Source: Verrucomicrobiota bacterium (lineage in GTDB: Bacteria; Verrucomicrobiota; Verrucomicrobiia; Limisphaerales; J093). From it: 64,000 nucleotides of DNA. Positions 56,520-64,000 of this stretch are shown piece by piece. The DNA is taken from positions 786,123 to 850,122 of the forward strand of contig JADJWF010000011.1 in the NCBI GenBank assembly GCA_016716505.1. Reading direction: 5' to 3'. A program made the position numbers and the translations under genes. Below the pieces are notes generated by a model. It had not been told where the DNA came from. It worked only from the letters and a program-made list of their open reading frames with translations, and did not search any database. Each line of letters begins with the position of its first letter. The stretch's first letter is position 1.

Positions 56520-56588
56520 GGTTTGTCGCTCTCTGACCGGCTTACGCCCGCCGGAGGCTGCGCCAGACCCTTTCCTGCTCCGCTGTTC

Positions 56589-57950
56589 TCAAGCGTAGCG
56601 CCCCGTGTTGTGTTCCGGCTTGAAGAACTCGTGGAGCAGACGGTCCACCTGCAGCAGGCCGGCGCGGGTGATGGCGATGCGGTCACCGTTGCCGGCGTGG
56701 CCGTCGCTGGCGAGGAAGCCCCATTCCTTCAGGGTCGCCAGCGGGGCGGCGAATTTCACGCGCGGGTCTTCGCCGAACTTCTGCGTGAAGTAGTTCGCGC
56801 TGACGCTGCCGAGCTTGAGCTGGAGGATGAGTTCGCGGATGTAGCGTTCCTCGGGCGTCGGGGTCAGGGCGCGATAGACGGGCAGTTGACCTGCGTTCAC
56901 GGCGTCCACGTAGGGCTGGAAGTCGTGCTGGTTCTGGTAGTGCGTGCCGCCGATGTGCCCGAAGCTCGCCACGCCGATGCTCAGCAAGTCCGCGCCGGCC
57001 CAGAGGTAATCGCGATAGACGAAGCGGGTCTTCGCCTTGTCCTTCACGGCGGTGTAGGCGCTGCCGACGGTGTAGCCGGCGCGCTCGAGTTCCTTGAAGG
57101 CGTAGTCCACCCAGCGGCGTTTGGTGTCCCAGTCGGCCACGGGCGCGACAAGTTTGCCCTCGGCCTTCATCTGCCGGTAGATGCCGGTGTTGAAGGGCAC
57201 TTCCATCTGGTAAATCGTCACCGAGTCGGGCGCGAGTTCGAGGGTCTTCGCCACCGCCATGCGCCACTTCTCCTCGGTCTCCTCGACCATGCCGGCGATG
57301 AGATCAATGTTGATTTGCGGGAAGCCGACCTCGCGCGCGTAGGCATAGGCGCGGGCGATCTCTTTCGAGCGATGCGCCCGGCCGTTGATCTCGAGGATGT
57401 GGTCGTCGAAGTGCTCGATGCCGAGGCTCAGGCGGGTGACGCCAAGCTCGCGCAGGGCGGCGAGCTTGTGGTCAGTGAGCGTGCCCGGCTCGGCCTCGAA
57501 GGCGACTTCCTCGGCTTCGTCCCAGGGGAGCAGGCGCTTCATGCCGTCGGTGAGGAAGCGGAGCTGGTCCACGCTCAGGTAGCTGGGCGTGCCGCCGCCG
57601 AAATAGATGAAACTCGGCTTGCGCCCGCCGATGAAGGGCTTGCGGGCGTAGATCTCGAGTTCGGCCAGGAGGGCGTCGAGGTAGCCGCGGATGGCGGCGG
57701 AGTCCTTGTCGGTATAGACCTTGAAGTAGCAAAAGTGGCAGCGTTTACGGCAGAAGGGGATGTGGGCGTACACACCGAGCGGGTTGCGACCCGGCAGGCG
57801 CTCGAGGGCAGCGAGAAACTCGGGCACGAACTCCGGCTTCCAGAAAGCGAACGGCGGGTAGTTGGAGACGAAGTAGTTGCCGGCTGTCGTGGCCTTCTCC
57901 AGCGGCGGCTGAGCGGCAGCGGCCGGCGGCTTGGGCAGGGAAGCGTTCAT
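56589..57950 (-). CDS. Radical SAM protein of the HemN/HemZ (oxygen-independent coproporphyrinogen-III oxidase-like) family
   Basis: Start ATG 57950 (MNASLPKPP...). YAHIPFCRKRCHFCYF (CxxxCxxC), IYFGGGTPS, 453 aa. Confidence 0.85.
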   Translation of the reverse strand: MNASLPKPPAAAAQPPLEKATTAGNYFVSNYPPFAFWKPEFVPEFLAALERLPGRNPLGVYAHIPFCRKRCHFCYFKVYTDKDSAAIRGYLDALLAELEIYARKPFIGGRKPSFIYFGGGTPSYLSVDQLRFLTDGMKRLLPWDEAEEVAFEAEPGTLTDHKLAALRELGVTRLSLGIEHFDDHILEINGRAHRSKEIARAYAYAREVGFPQINIDLIAGMVEETEEKWRMAVAKTLELAPDSVTIYQMEVPFNTGIYRQMKAEGKLVAPVADWDTKRRWVDYAFKELERAGYTVGSAYTAVKDKAKTRFVYRDYLWAGADLLSIGVASFGHIGGTHYQNQHDFQPYVDAVNAGQLPVYRALTPTPEERYIRELILQLKLGSVSANYFTQKFGEDPRVKFAAPLATLKEWGFLASDGHAGNGDRIAITRAGLLQVDRLLHEFFKPEHNTGRYA

Positions 57951-57954
57951 GGGG

Positions 57955-58437
57955 TCAAAGTCGGGCCAACACCGAATCAAACCGCGGAATCTTTGGCGGC
58001 AGTTTGCCTTTCGCCGGCAAGAGCGGGTGGCCTTCGGCGCGCAGGCGCCGCGCCTGCTCGGCAACGCCGCCGGGGAATTTCGGGTTCAGTTTGCCGCCTT
58101 CTTTCAACACTCGACACCAAGGCGTGACGCGCTGGCGGCCCTCGGCTTCGTCCTCGGCCGCCGCGTGGGCGGCGATCCACGTGAAGAGGTCCGTGGTCAT
58201 CGGGCAGCCGATCGTTGGGCCGTGCTGCCGGGCGATGTCGGCCCGCAGCGCGTTGATGGTCGTGACGCGGCCCTTGCGCACGCGGCGGATGAGGGCGTCC
58301 TCCTCGCGTGGCGCCGGGATGGCGCAGGTGCCTTCGCCCCAGCTTTTGCGGAGCTTGCCGGTGATGGAGATGACCTTGGGCAGGCCCGTGTCGTCGGCGA
58401 GCGTCTCGTGCCAGGAGGTGGGTTTGCGGGTGTTCAT
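57955..58437 (-). CDS. MGMT/ATL-family DNA-binding-domain protein (alkyltransferase-like)
   Basis: 160 aa. IPAPREEDALIRRVRKGRVTTINALRADIA...RVTPWCRVLKEGGKLNP aligns with the PCHRV helix-turn-wing region, but reads PWCRV. ATGA overlap with the upstream propeller gene. Confidence 0.6.
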   Translation of the reverse strand: MNTRKPTSWHETLADDTGLPKVISITGKLRKSWGEGTCAIPAPREEDALIRRVRKGRVTTINALRADIARQHGPTIGCPMTTDLFTWIAAHAAAEDEAEGRQRVTPWCRVLKEGGKLNPKFPGGVAEQARRLRAEGHPLLPAKGKLPPKIPRFDSVLARL

Positions 58438-59555
58438 TTGGCGCCAAAGCAGTACACGCTGCCGTCCTCGCTGCCGATGACCACCTTGCCGCCCGCGACG
58501 GCCGGTGACGCCGTCACCGCCCCGCCGATGTCGTAATGCCAGAGCTCCTTGCCGTCCGCGAGCGACACGATGTAGAGCCTCCCGTCGTCTGATCCCACGA
58601 CGACCTTGTTGCCAACGACGACGGGCGAACTGTCCACCTTGCCCCGCGCGGCAAACGACCAGAGCGGCTTGCCGTCTGCCTTGTTCACGCAGTGCAGCCG
58701 CCGGTCGCGGCCGCCGAAGACCACCCGGTCCGCGGTCACGGCGGGGGAGGAGAAGTACGGGAAGTTGCGATCCTTGAACGTCCACACCCGCTCGCCCTTG
58801 GCGATGTCCACGCATTGGAACTCGTTCTGGTAATGGCCGAAGTACGCGCGGTCGCCTTCCAGCGCGACCGACCCGGCGATGTAGGCGCCCGCCTCGACCT
58901 CCTTGAGCTTCTGGCCGTCGGCGAGGTTGATGACGTGCAAGATCGCATCGCAGCCGCCGAAGACGGTTCGGCCTTGGGCGACGGACGGGGCGCCGTTGAT
59001 GTAATTGCCGGTCTCGTAGGTCCAGTTGGTTTTGCCGGTGGCGGCGTCGAGGGCGTACAGCTTGAAATCATAGCTGCCGACGAGAACCCAATTGGCGTCG
59101 CCGCTCGGGGCTTTCACCCAGTTGGGCGCGCCGAGGATTTTGTCTCCCGTCTCGGCCTTCCAGAGGAGTTTTCCGTCCGCCGCGTTCAGGGCATAGACAT
59201 AGGCGTCGCCACCCCCGAAATACACGCGGCCGTCGAGGACGAGCGGTGAGGATTCGATCGGCGCATCCGTTTTGAAGGTCCACAGCTTCTGGCCGTCAGC
59301 GAGATTCAGCGCATAGAGAAGGCCGTCGTCCGAACCGACGAAGACCTTGCCCGCGACCACGGCGGCGGACGACTTCACCGGCCCGCCCGTCTTGAACGTC
59401 CACAGCAGCGCGGGCTTGTCCGGCAGCGAACCACTGGCGATTCCCAACAGCGCGGGCGAGCCCCGGAAGCTCGGCCAGTCCGCGTCGGAGGCCCCCGAGG
59501 ACGCGGGGCCCAGCGCGAGAGTGGCGAAGACCAAAGGGATGATTGACGCCTTCAT
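58434..59555 (-). CDS. PQQ-like beta-propeller repeat protein (BamB-like fold), secreted
   Basis: Start ATG 59555 (MKASIIPLVFATLALGPASSGA). Repeated ...DGxLYALNxADGKxLWxF... blades. Confidence 0.85.
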   Translation of the reverse strand: MKASIIPLVFATLALGPASSGASDADWPSFRGSPALLGIASGSLPDKPALLWTFKTGGPVKSSAAVVAGKVFVGSDDGLLYALNLADGQKLWTFKTDAPIESSPLVLDGRVYFGGGDAYVYALNAADGKLLWKAETGDKILGAPNWVKAPSGDANWVLVGSYDFKLYALDAATGKTNWTYETGNYINGAPSVAQGRTVFGGCDAILHVINLADGQKLKEVEAGAYIAGSVALEGDRAYFGHYQNEFQCVDIAKGERVWTFKDRNFPYFSSPAVTADRVVFGGRDRRLHCVNKADGKPLWSFAARGKVDSSPVVVGNKVVVGSDDGRLYIVSLADGKELWHYDIGGAVTASPAVAGGKVVIGSEDGSVYCFGAK

Positions 59556-59639
59556 GCGGCCATTATCGGTCGGCTCCCCGGGGCTGGCAAACGGCAAGGC
59601 GGGTTGTTTCCGCGCGGCGGCCCTGCTCCGGCGGTGCCT

Positions 59640-60545
59640 TCAACGGCGCGGTGCATCCGGCGCCGGCGCGAGGAGGTCATCCACCGCGAGTGCCAGGGCT
59701 TCCAGGTAGGCGTCACCCGCGGGATGATGGGTCAGGGCCACCAGCACATAATGCCGGCCCGGGCCGGTGATCACGGCCGAGTCGTGGAACCAGTCCTGCC
59801 ACCAACCGGATTTGCGGCGCAGTTCCAGCCCGCGTCCTGCCAGCGCCCGCACAAACCGGTCATTCAGGTGCGGGATGTCCGGCGAGGCAAAGATCTCGCG
59901 CATGACTTGCGACGCGGCGGGTGAGACCAGTCGGCCTTGTTCCAGCAACAGGTAGAACCGCAGAACCTGGCGCACCGTGGCCGCGTGCGAGTGATCCCCC
60001 ACCGGATCTCCCACGCGTTCTCCGCCCTGGCCGTAGTGCTTGCCCAGCCAGATCCCGCCGCCGTGCCGTGGGTCGTAAAACCGATACTGGTCGAGCACCT
60101 CCCGGATGGCAGTGAGGCCCAACTCGCGGGAATATTTTGCCGCCAGCTCATTGCTGGACTGCTTGATCATCAGCCCCAACTCGTGACGCGTGGCCGCGGA
60201 AAGATTCGTGGTCGCATCGGGCCGCAGTTGAAACCACGCCAGCAAGATGGCGATCTTCGGCAGGCTGGCCGCGTACTCGACACGGTCGGGACGGAGCATC
60301 GCCAGCCGGAGCGTCCGCAGGTCCAACAAGCCGACGGCAGTTTGCTCCGGGGTCATGCCGAATCGGTGACGCAAGTCGGCATCTATCGCTTCGAGTTTCG
60401 CCTGCAGTCCGGCGTCGGTGGGCGTGGAGTAATCCAGCGCGTAGCGGTGGAACGACGGGGTCATGGATGAAGGCAGCGTGGCGCAGCCGGCAAAGACGCC
60501 GGCGAGCAGCACGCCGGCGGTCAGGGTGCGCAGTTTGGTCATCAT
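59640..60545 (-). CDS. Serine hydrolase, class A beta-lactamase-like fold, lipoprotein
   Basis: MMTKLRTLTAGVLLAGVFAGC (lipobox). YAASLPKIAILLAWF (possible SxxK) and MIKQSSNELA (SxN-like). Function uncertain. Confidence 0.65.
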   Translation of the reverse strand: MMTKLRTLTAGVLLAGVFAGCATLPSSMTPSFHRYALDYSTPTDAGLQAKLEAIDADLRHRFGMTPEQTAVGLLDLRTLRLAMLRPDRVEYAASLPKIAILLAWFQLRPDATTNLSAATRHELGLMIKQSSNELAAKYSRELGLTAIREVLDQYRFYDPRHGGGIWLGKHYGQGGERVGDPVGDHSHAATVRQVLRFYLLLEQGRLVSPAASQVMREIFASPDIPHLNDRFVRALAGRGLELRRKSGWWQDWFHDSAVITGPGRHYVLVALTHHPAGDAYLEALALAVDDLLAPAPDAPRR

Positions 60546-60733
60546 GTCGCTTCGGTCGGTTGAGGGCGTCGGCATCGCGAACCCACGGAGCGTGAAGTTG
60601 GGGCGGGGTGAGCACAAGGTCGAGAAGGACCGGGGCCAAACCGGGTCGGAGGGAGAAACAGTCGTGCTCGGGCGCGGCGATCAGAACTCTTGGCGGCTGT
60701 GGACGAGAAGGTATCCTCGGCCGTGCAATCGTT

Positions 60734-61364
60734 ATGACGCCCGCGCCCGGTGGCGAAACCGCTCCTCAATCCCTCGCTGACCGCAGCGCCCGATTGTTTG
60801 TGGCAATCAAATGTCCGTCGGCCCTCGTGAGGCCGCTGATGGCGTTGCAACGCCGTTGGGAGGAAGGTCTGCCGCGCCGGTTGGTTCGCTGGGTGTCGGA
60901 ACATCAGTTCCACATTACCCTGTTGTTTTTCGGCCGGGTGGCGCGGGAACGAATGGATGAGTTGACCGGGCGGTTGGCCGACGCCACCGCCGACTGTCCG
61001 GCGCTCCCGCTGGGTTTGATCGGCGTGGGCGTTTTTCCCGACTGGCGGCATCCCCGCGTGCTGTGGACGGGCGTGGACGGCGAACTGGCGGAGCTTGCTG
61101 CGCTTCAACGGCGGATCTGGGAAGTCGGCCGGGCCTGTGGAGAAGCCCGAGGACCGAGACTTTCACGCTCATGTCACGTTGGGGCGAGTGATGGGCCGGG
61201 AACGCGCGGATGGCGACGCCGTGCGCCGGGCGGCGGGCAAAGACCTCCAGGCGCGCTGGGGGAGTTGGCAGGCGACTGAGGTGATCCTGATGAGCAGTGA
61301 GCTCCGGCCCGGCGGCTCGGTGTACTCGGACCTCGCGACCTTTCCGCTTCGACCGGCCTCGTGA
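60734..61364 (+). pseudogene. thpR: RNA 2',3'-cyclic phosphodiesterase / 2'-5' RNA ligase family (ThpR/LigT), interrupted by a frameshift near 61120-61140
   Basis: Frame 2: MTPAPGG...RLFVAIKCP...VRWVSEHQFHITLLFFGRV...LGLIGVGVFPDWRHPRVLWTGV...LQRRIWEVGRA. Frame 0 (track ORF 61095..61364): EKPEDRDFHAHVTLGRV...WQATEVILMSSELRPGGSVYSDLATFPL. The two HxTx motifs lie in different frames. Confidence 0.8.
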
Positions 61365-61413
61365 AGCGCGGCCGGCGGGCTCGACCCGCCGCGGGGCGCT
61401 GCTAGCTTGCGGC

Positions 61414-64000
61414 GTGGCACGGATTCGAACAGCCGCGGCCGGTGGCGAAGGAGTAATCGCCATCCACGGCGCGCGCGAACACAACCTCAAAAACCTCTCG
61501 GTGGAAATTCCGCGGGGCGCGTTTGTGGTGGTCACCGGGGTCAGCGGCTCGGGCAAGAGCACTCTGGCGTTTGACCTGTTGTTCGCCGAGGGCCAACGCC
61601 GATTTCTCGACGCGATGAACGCCTACGCCCGCCAGTTCGTGGAGCAGATGGCGCGGCCGGACGTGGACCTCATCACCGGCATTCCCCCGACGGTCAGCAT
61701 TGAGCAGAGGAACTCCCGTGGCGGGGGCAAAAGCACGGTGGCGACCGTGACCGAGGTGCATCACTTCGTCCGACTGCTGTACGCCCGCCTCGGCGTGCAG
61801 TACTGCCCGGATTGCCAGCGGCCCGTCGAGCCGCAGACCCGCGATGAGATCGGTCGTCGTCTCGCGGAAGAGGCCCGCCGGCGCGGTCCGCTCACCTTGC
61901 TGGCGCCGTTGGTGCGCGGGCGCAAGGGCTTTCACAGTGAGGTTGCCGAGTGGGCGCGCAAGCACGGTTATGCGCAGGTGCGCGCGGACGGGAAACTGCT
62001 CGACGCGAGTCAACCGCTGCGGCTCGACCGGTTTCGGGAGCACCATGTCGAGGTCGTTACCGGAACGCTGGCGGCGCAGGGCCGCGGGCGGGCAGGCAGC
62101 TCGCTGCGGGTGGTGGGTGCGGTCGGAACGAAAGCGGCCCAGCAGGTCATAGATGCAACCCTGCGGCTGGGGAGCGGGACCTTGCTGGCGCTCGACGAGC
62201 GGGGCCACGTGACCACGCACTCGACCGAGCGGACTTGCGGCGCTTGCGGCCGGTCATTTGCGCCGCTGGATCCGAAGTTTTTCAGCTACAACTCGGCGGC
62301 GGGCTGGTGTCCCCGCTGCCGGGGTTTCGGGGAGCTGTTTTACCTGCCGGAAGACGTGGATCGCGGCGCGCGGGCCGATGCCATCGAGGAATCGTGGTGG
62401 GGCTGGCAGGAAGGCAAGCGCGAACCATGTCCGGAGTGCGGCGGAGCCCGGCTCAATCCGGTGGCCCGGGCCGTCCGGCTCGGGGGCGAGGCGTCCCCGT
62501 TCCGCCTTCGAACCTCCGGGGGTGAAAGCGGGAGCGAACCAGGGTGCGGCCCGACGATTGACGAGTTGGGCGCGCTGCCGGTGGCGGCGGCGTTTGACTG
62601 GATTCGGCACGTCAAGCTTGCCGGGCGGGAGGCCGAGATCGCGCGGGACATCCTGCCGGAGATTCGCGAGCGGTTGCGGTTCCTCGTCGAAGTGGGTCTG
62701 GGCTACCTCCAGTTGAACCGGGCGGTGACGACGCTCTCGGGCGGGGAAAACCAGCGCATCCGTCTCGCGGCGCAACTGGGCTCCAACCTCAGCGGGGTGT
62801 TGTACATCCTCGATGAACCGACGATCGGACTGCACGCCCGCGACAATGATCAACTCCTTGCCGCGCTCGCGAAACTGCGGGAGCGCGGCAACTCTTTGCT
62901 GGTGGTTGAGCATGACGAGGAAACCATGCGTCACGCGGACCACGTGATTGACCTGGGCCCGGGCGCGGGCGCCAACGGTGGTCGGGTGGTGGCAGCCGGC
63001 CCGTTAAAGGCGCTGTTGCGGCACCCGGATTCAATCACCGGCCAGTACCTGCGGACCCGACGTTCCTTTCCCTCGCGGGGCGCGCGACGTGAGGTGAACC
63101 CCCGCACGGGGGCCTGGCTGACGTTGAGAGACGCGGCGCTCCACAACCTCAAAAACCTCACGGTCCGTTTTCCGCTCGGGCGGTTGGTGGTGGTCACGGG
63201 CGTCAGCGGGTCGGGCAAGAGCACGTTGATTAGGGAATGCCTGCTCCCCGCGTTGGAGACCGCGCTCGCGAGACGAAGGCGGCGCGACCGGGCCGGCGAC
63301 GCGCCGGGCAAGGGGCACACGACGGTATCCGGCTACGAATCCATCCGCGGGGTGTACGAAGTGGACCAGAGCCCCATCGGTCGCACGCCGCGTTCCACCC
63401 CCGCCACGTATGTCGGCTTCTTTGACGACATCCGCCGACTCTTTTCGCAGGCGCCGGAAGCGCGGCTGCGCGGCTACGGGCCCGGGCGCTTCAGCTTCAA
63501 CAGCGCGGCCGGCCGGTGTCCGGAATGCGAGGGGGCCGGCGTCGTGAAGCTCGAAATGAACTTTCTTCCGCCTGCCTTCGTCCGTTGCGAGACCTGCAAC
63601 GGGTCGCGCTTCAACGCCGAGACCCTCGACATCCGGTGGAATGGGCGAAACATTGCCGAAGTGCTCGATCTGAGCGTGGCTGAGGCGCTCGCGTTCTTCG
63701 CGGCGCAGGCGAGAATCCGCCGCCCGCTCGAGGCGCTGCACGACACCGGGCTGGACTACCTCAAACTGGGACAGACCAGCCCCACCTTGAGCGGCGGCGA
63801 AGCCCAGCGCGTGAAACTGGTCACGCACCTCCTCGGAGGACTGAGACCCGGGCCGGGGGGACCATTGCCGACTGAGAGCCGCGCTGACCCCGCGCGCGGT
63901 GGCATCGGCGGCAAGCTCTTCGTCCTCGAGGAACCGACCATCGGTCTTCACATGGCGGATGTGCGTCGGTTGGTGGACGTTCTTCAGCGATTGGTGGACG
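61414..64000 (+). CDS. UvrA-like excinuclease ABC subunit A paralogue; runs off the right edge
   Basis: Absent from the ORF track because there is no stop in the window. My translation from GTG 61414: (M)ARIRTAAAGGEGVIAIHGAREHNLKNLSVEIPRGAFVVVTGVSGSGKSTLAFDLLFAEGQRRFLDAMNAYARQF...TLSGGENQRIRLAAQLGSNLSGVLYILDEPTIGLHARDN...VVVTGVSGSGKSTLI...YEVDQSPIGRTPRSTPATY...TLSGGEAQRVKL...FVLEEPTIGLHMADV. The frame is open to nt 64000. The antisense track ORFs 61402..62220, 62254..62943 and 63031..63951 are shadows. Confidence 0.85.
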   Translation, partial: MARIRTAAAGGEGVIAIHGAREHNLKNLSVEIPRGAFVVVTGVSGSGKSTLAFDLLFAEGQRRFLDAMNAYARQFVEQMARPDVDLITGIPPTVSIEQRNSRGGGKSTVATVTEVHHFVRLLYARLGVQYCPDCQRPVEPQTRDEIGRRLAEEARRRGPLTLLAPLVRGRKGFHSEVAEWARKHGYAQVRADGKLLDASQPLRLDRFREHHVEVVTGTLAAQGRGRAGSSLRVVGAVGTKAAQQVIDATLRLGSGTLLALDERGHVTTHSTERTCGACGRSFAPLDPKFFSYNSAAGWCPRCRGFGELFYLPEDVDRGARADAIEESWWGWQEGKREPCPECGGARLNPVARAVRLGGEASPFRLRTSGGESGSEPGCGPTIDELGALPVAAAFDWIRHVKLAGREAEIARDILPEIRERLRFLVEVGLGYLQLNRAVTTLSGGENQRIRLAAQLGSNLSGVLYILDEPTIGLHARDNDQLLAALAKLRERGNSLLVVEHDEETMRHADHVIDLGPGAGANGGRVVAAGPLKALLRHPDSITGQYLRTRRSFPSRGARREVNPRTGAWLTLRDAALHNLKNLTVRFPLGRLVVVTGVSGSGKSTLIRECLLPALETALARRRRRDRAGDAPGKGHTTVSGYESIRGVYEVDQSPIGRTPRSTPATYVGFFDDIRRLFSQAPEARLRGYGPGRFSFNSAAGRCPECEGAGVVKLEMNFLPPAFVRCETCNGSRFNAETLDIRWNGRNIAEVLDLSVAEALAFFAAQARIRRPLEALHDTGLDYLKLGQTSPTLSGGEAQRVKLVTHLLGGLRPGPGGPLPTESRADPARGGIGGKLFVLEEPTIGLHMADVRRLVDVLQRLVD

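Overview
Everything here comes from reading the sequence and the ORF track by eye. No searches were run, family names come from recognised motifs, and hand-counted coordinates may be off by a few nt. The window is GC-rich bacterial chromosome with about 57 real genes. Most long ORFs on the opposite strand are GC-driven shadows. The gene content suggests a PVC/Verrucomicrobiota-like organism (inference): a DUF1559/H-X9-DG-type pseudopilin, two CRTAC1 (ASPIC/UnbV, FG-GAP) giants, GH38, and characteristic palindromic repeats.

Layout, left to right:
- 1-6.7 kb: efflux adaptor (minus strand, missing from the ORF track), CcdA, a Cys-rich CopZ-N-like protein, a RAYT transposase flanked by REP clusters, an 8-haem cytochrome c fused to a roughly 5-TM domain, and a TlpA-like thioredoxin.
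- 6.9-13.2 kb: arsenic island (arsR-arsC-arsM-acr3-arsC, then arsR-arsP-like-Trx-P5CR-like). Both arsC copies are frameshifted.
- 13.4-29.0 kb: the main candidate system. It is a co-directional string of 15 tightly or translationally coupled genes. It encodes a periplasmic NXR-like (type II DMSO-reductase family) molybdoenzyme: a dihaem-cytochrome-c/EB_dh gamma fusion, a Tat-exported alpha of 1160 aa, a small ORF, a beta subunit and a TorD-like chaperone. These are followed by an HExxH/zinc-ribbon protein, MOSC, MobA, a ModE-N regulator, a pseudopilin, a DNRLRE-like secreted protein, a P-loop NTPase and a BtuCDF/MolBCA-type ABC importer.
- 29.2-36.3 kb: two tandem CRTAC1 paralogues, one with an in-frame TAG.
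- 36.6-64 kb: mostly housekeeping. It holds a 4TM-IPT protein, korAB, a DegT aminotransferase, a NUDIX hydrolase, fbaB, cysI-H-D-N, GH38, a HemN-like radical SAM protein, a PQQ propeller, a frameshifted ligT, and a UvrA paralogue that runs off the right edge and is also missing from the ORF track.

Two palindromic repeat families punctuate gene boundaries. Five or six genes carry frameshifts or stops, so the assembly either has indel errors or the genome is decaying. I found no rRNA, tRNA, CRISPR array, integrase, prophage or recognisable defence system.
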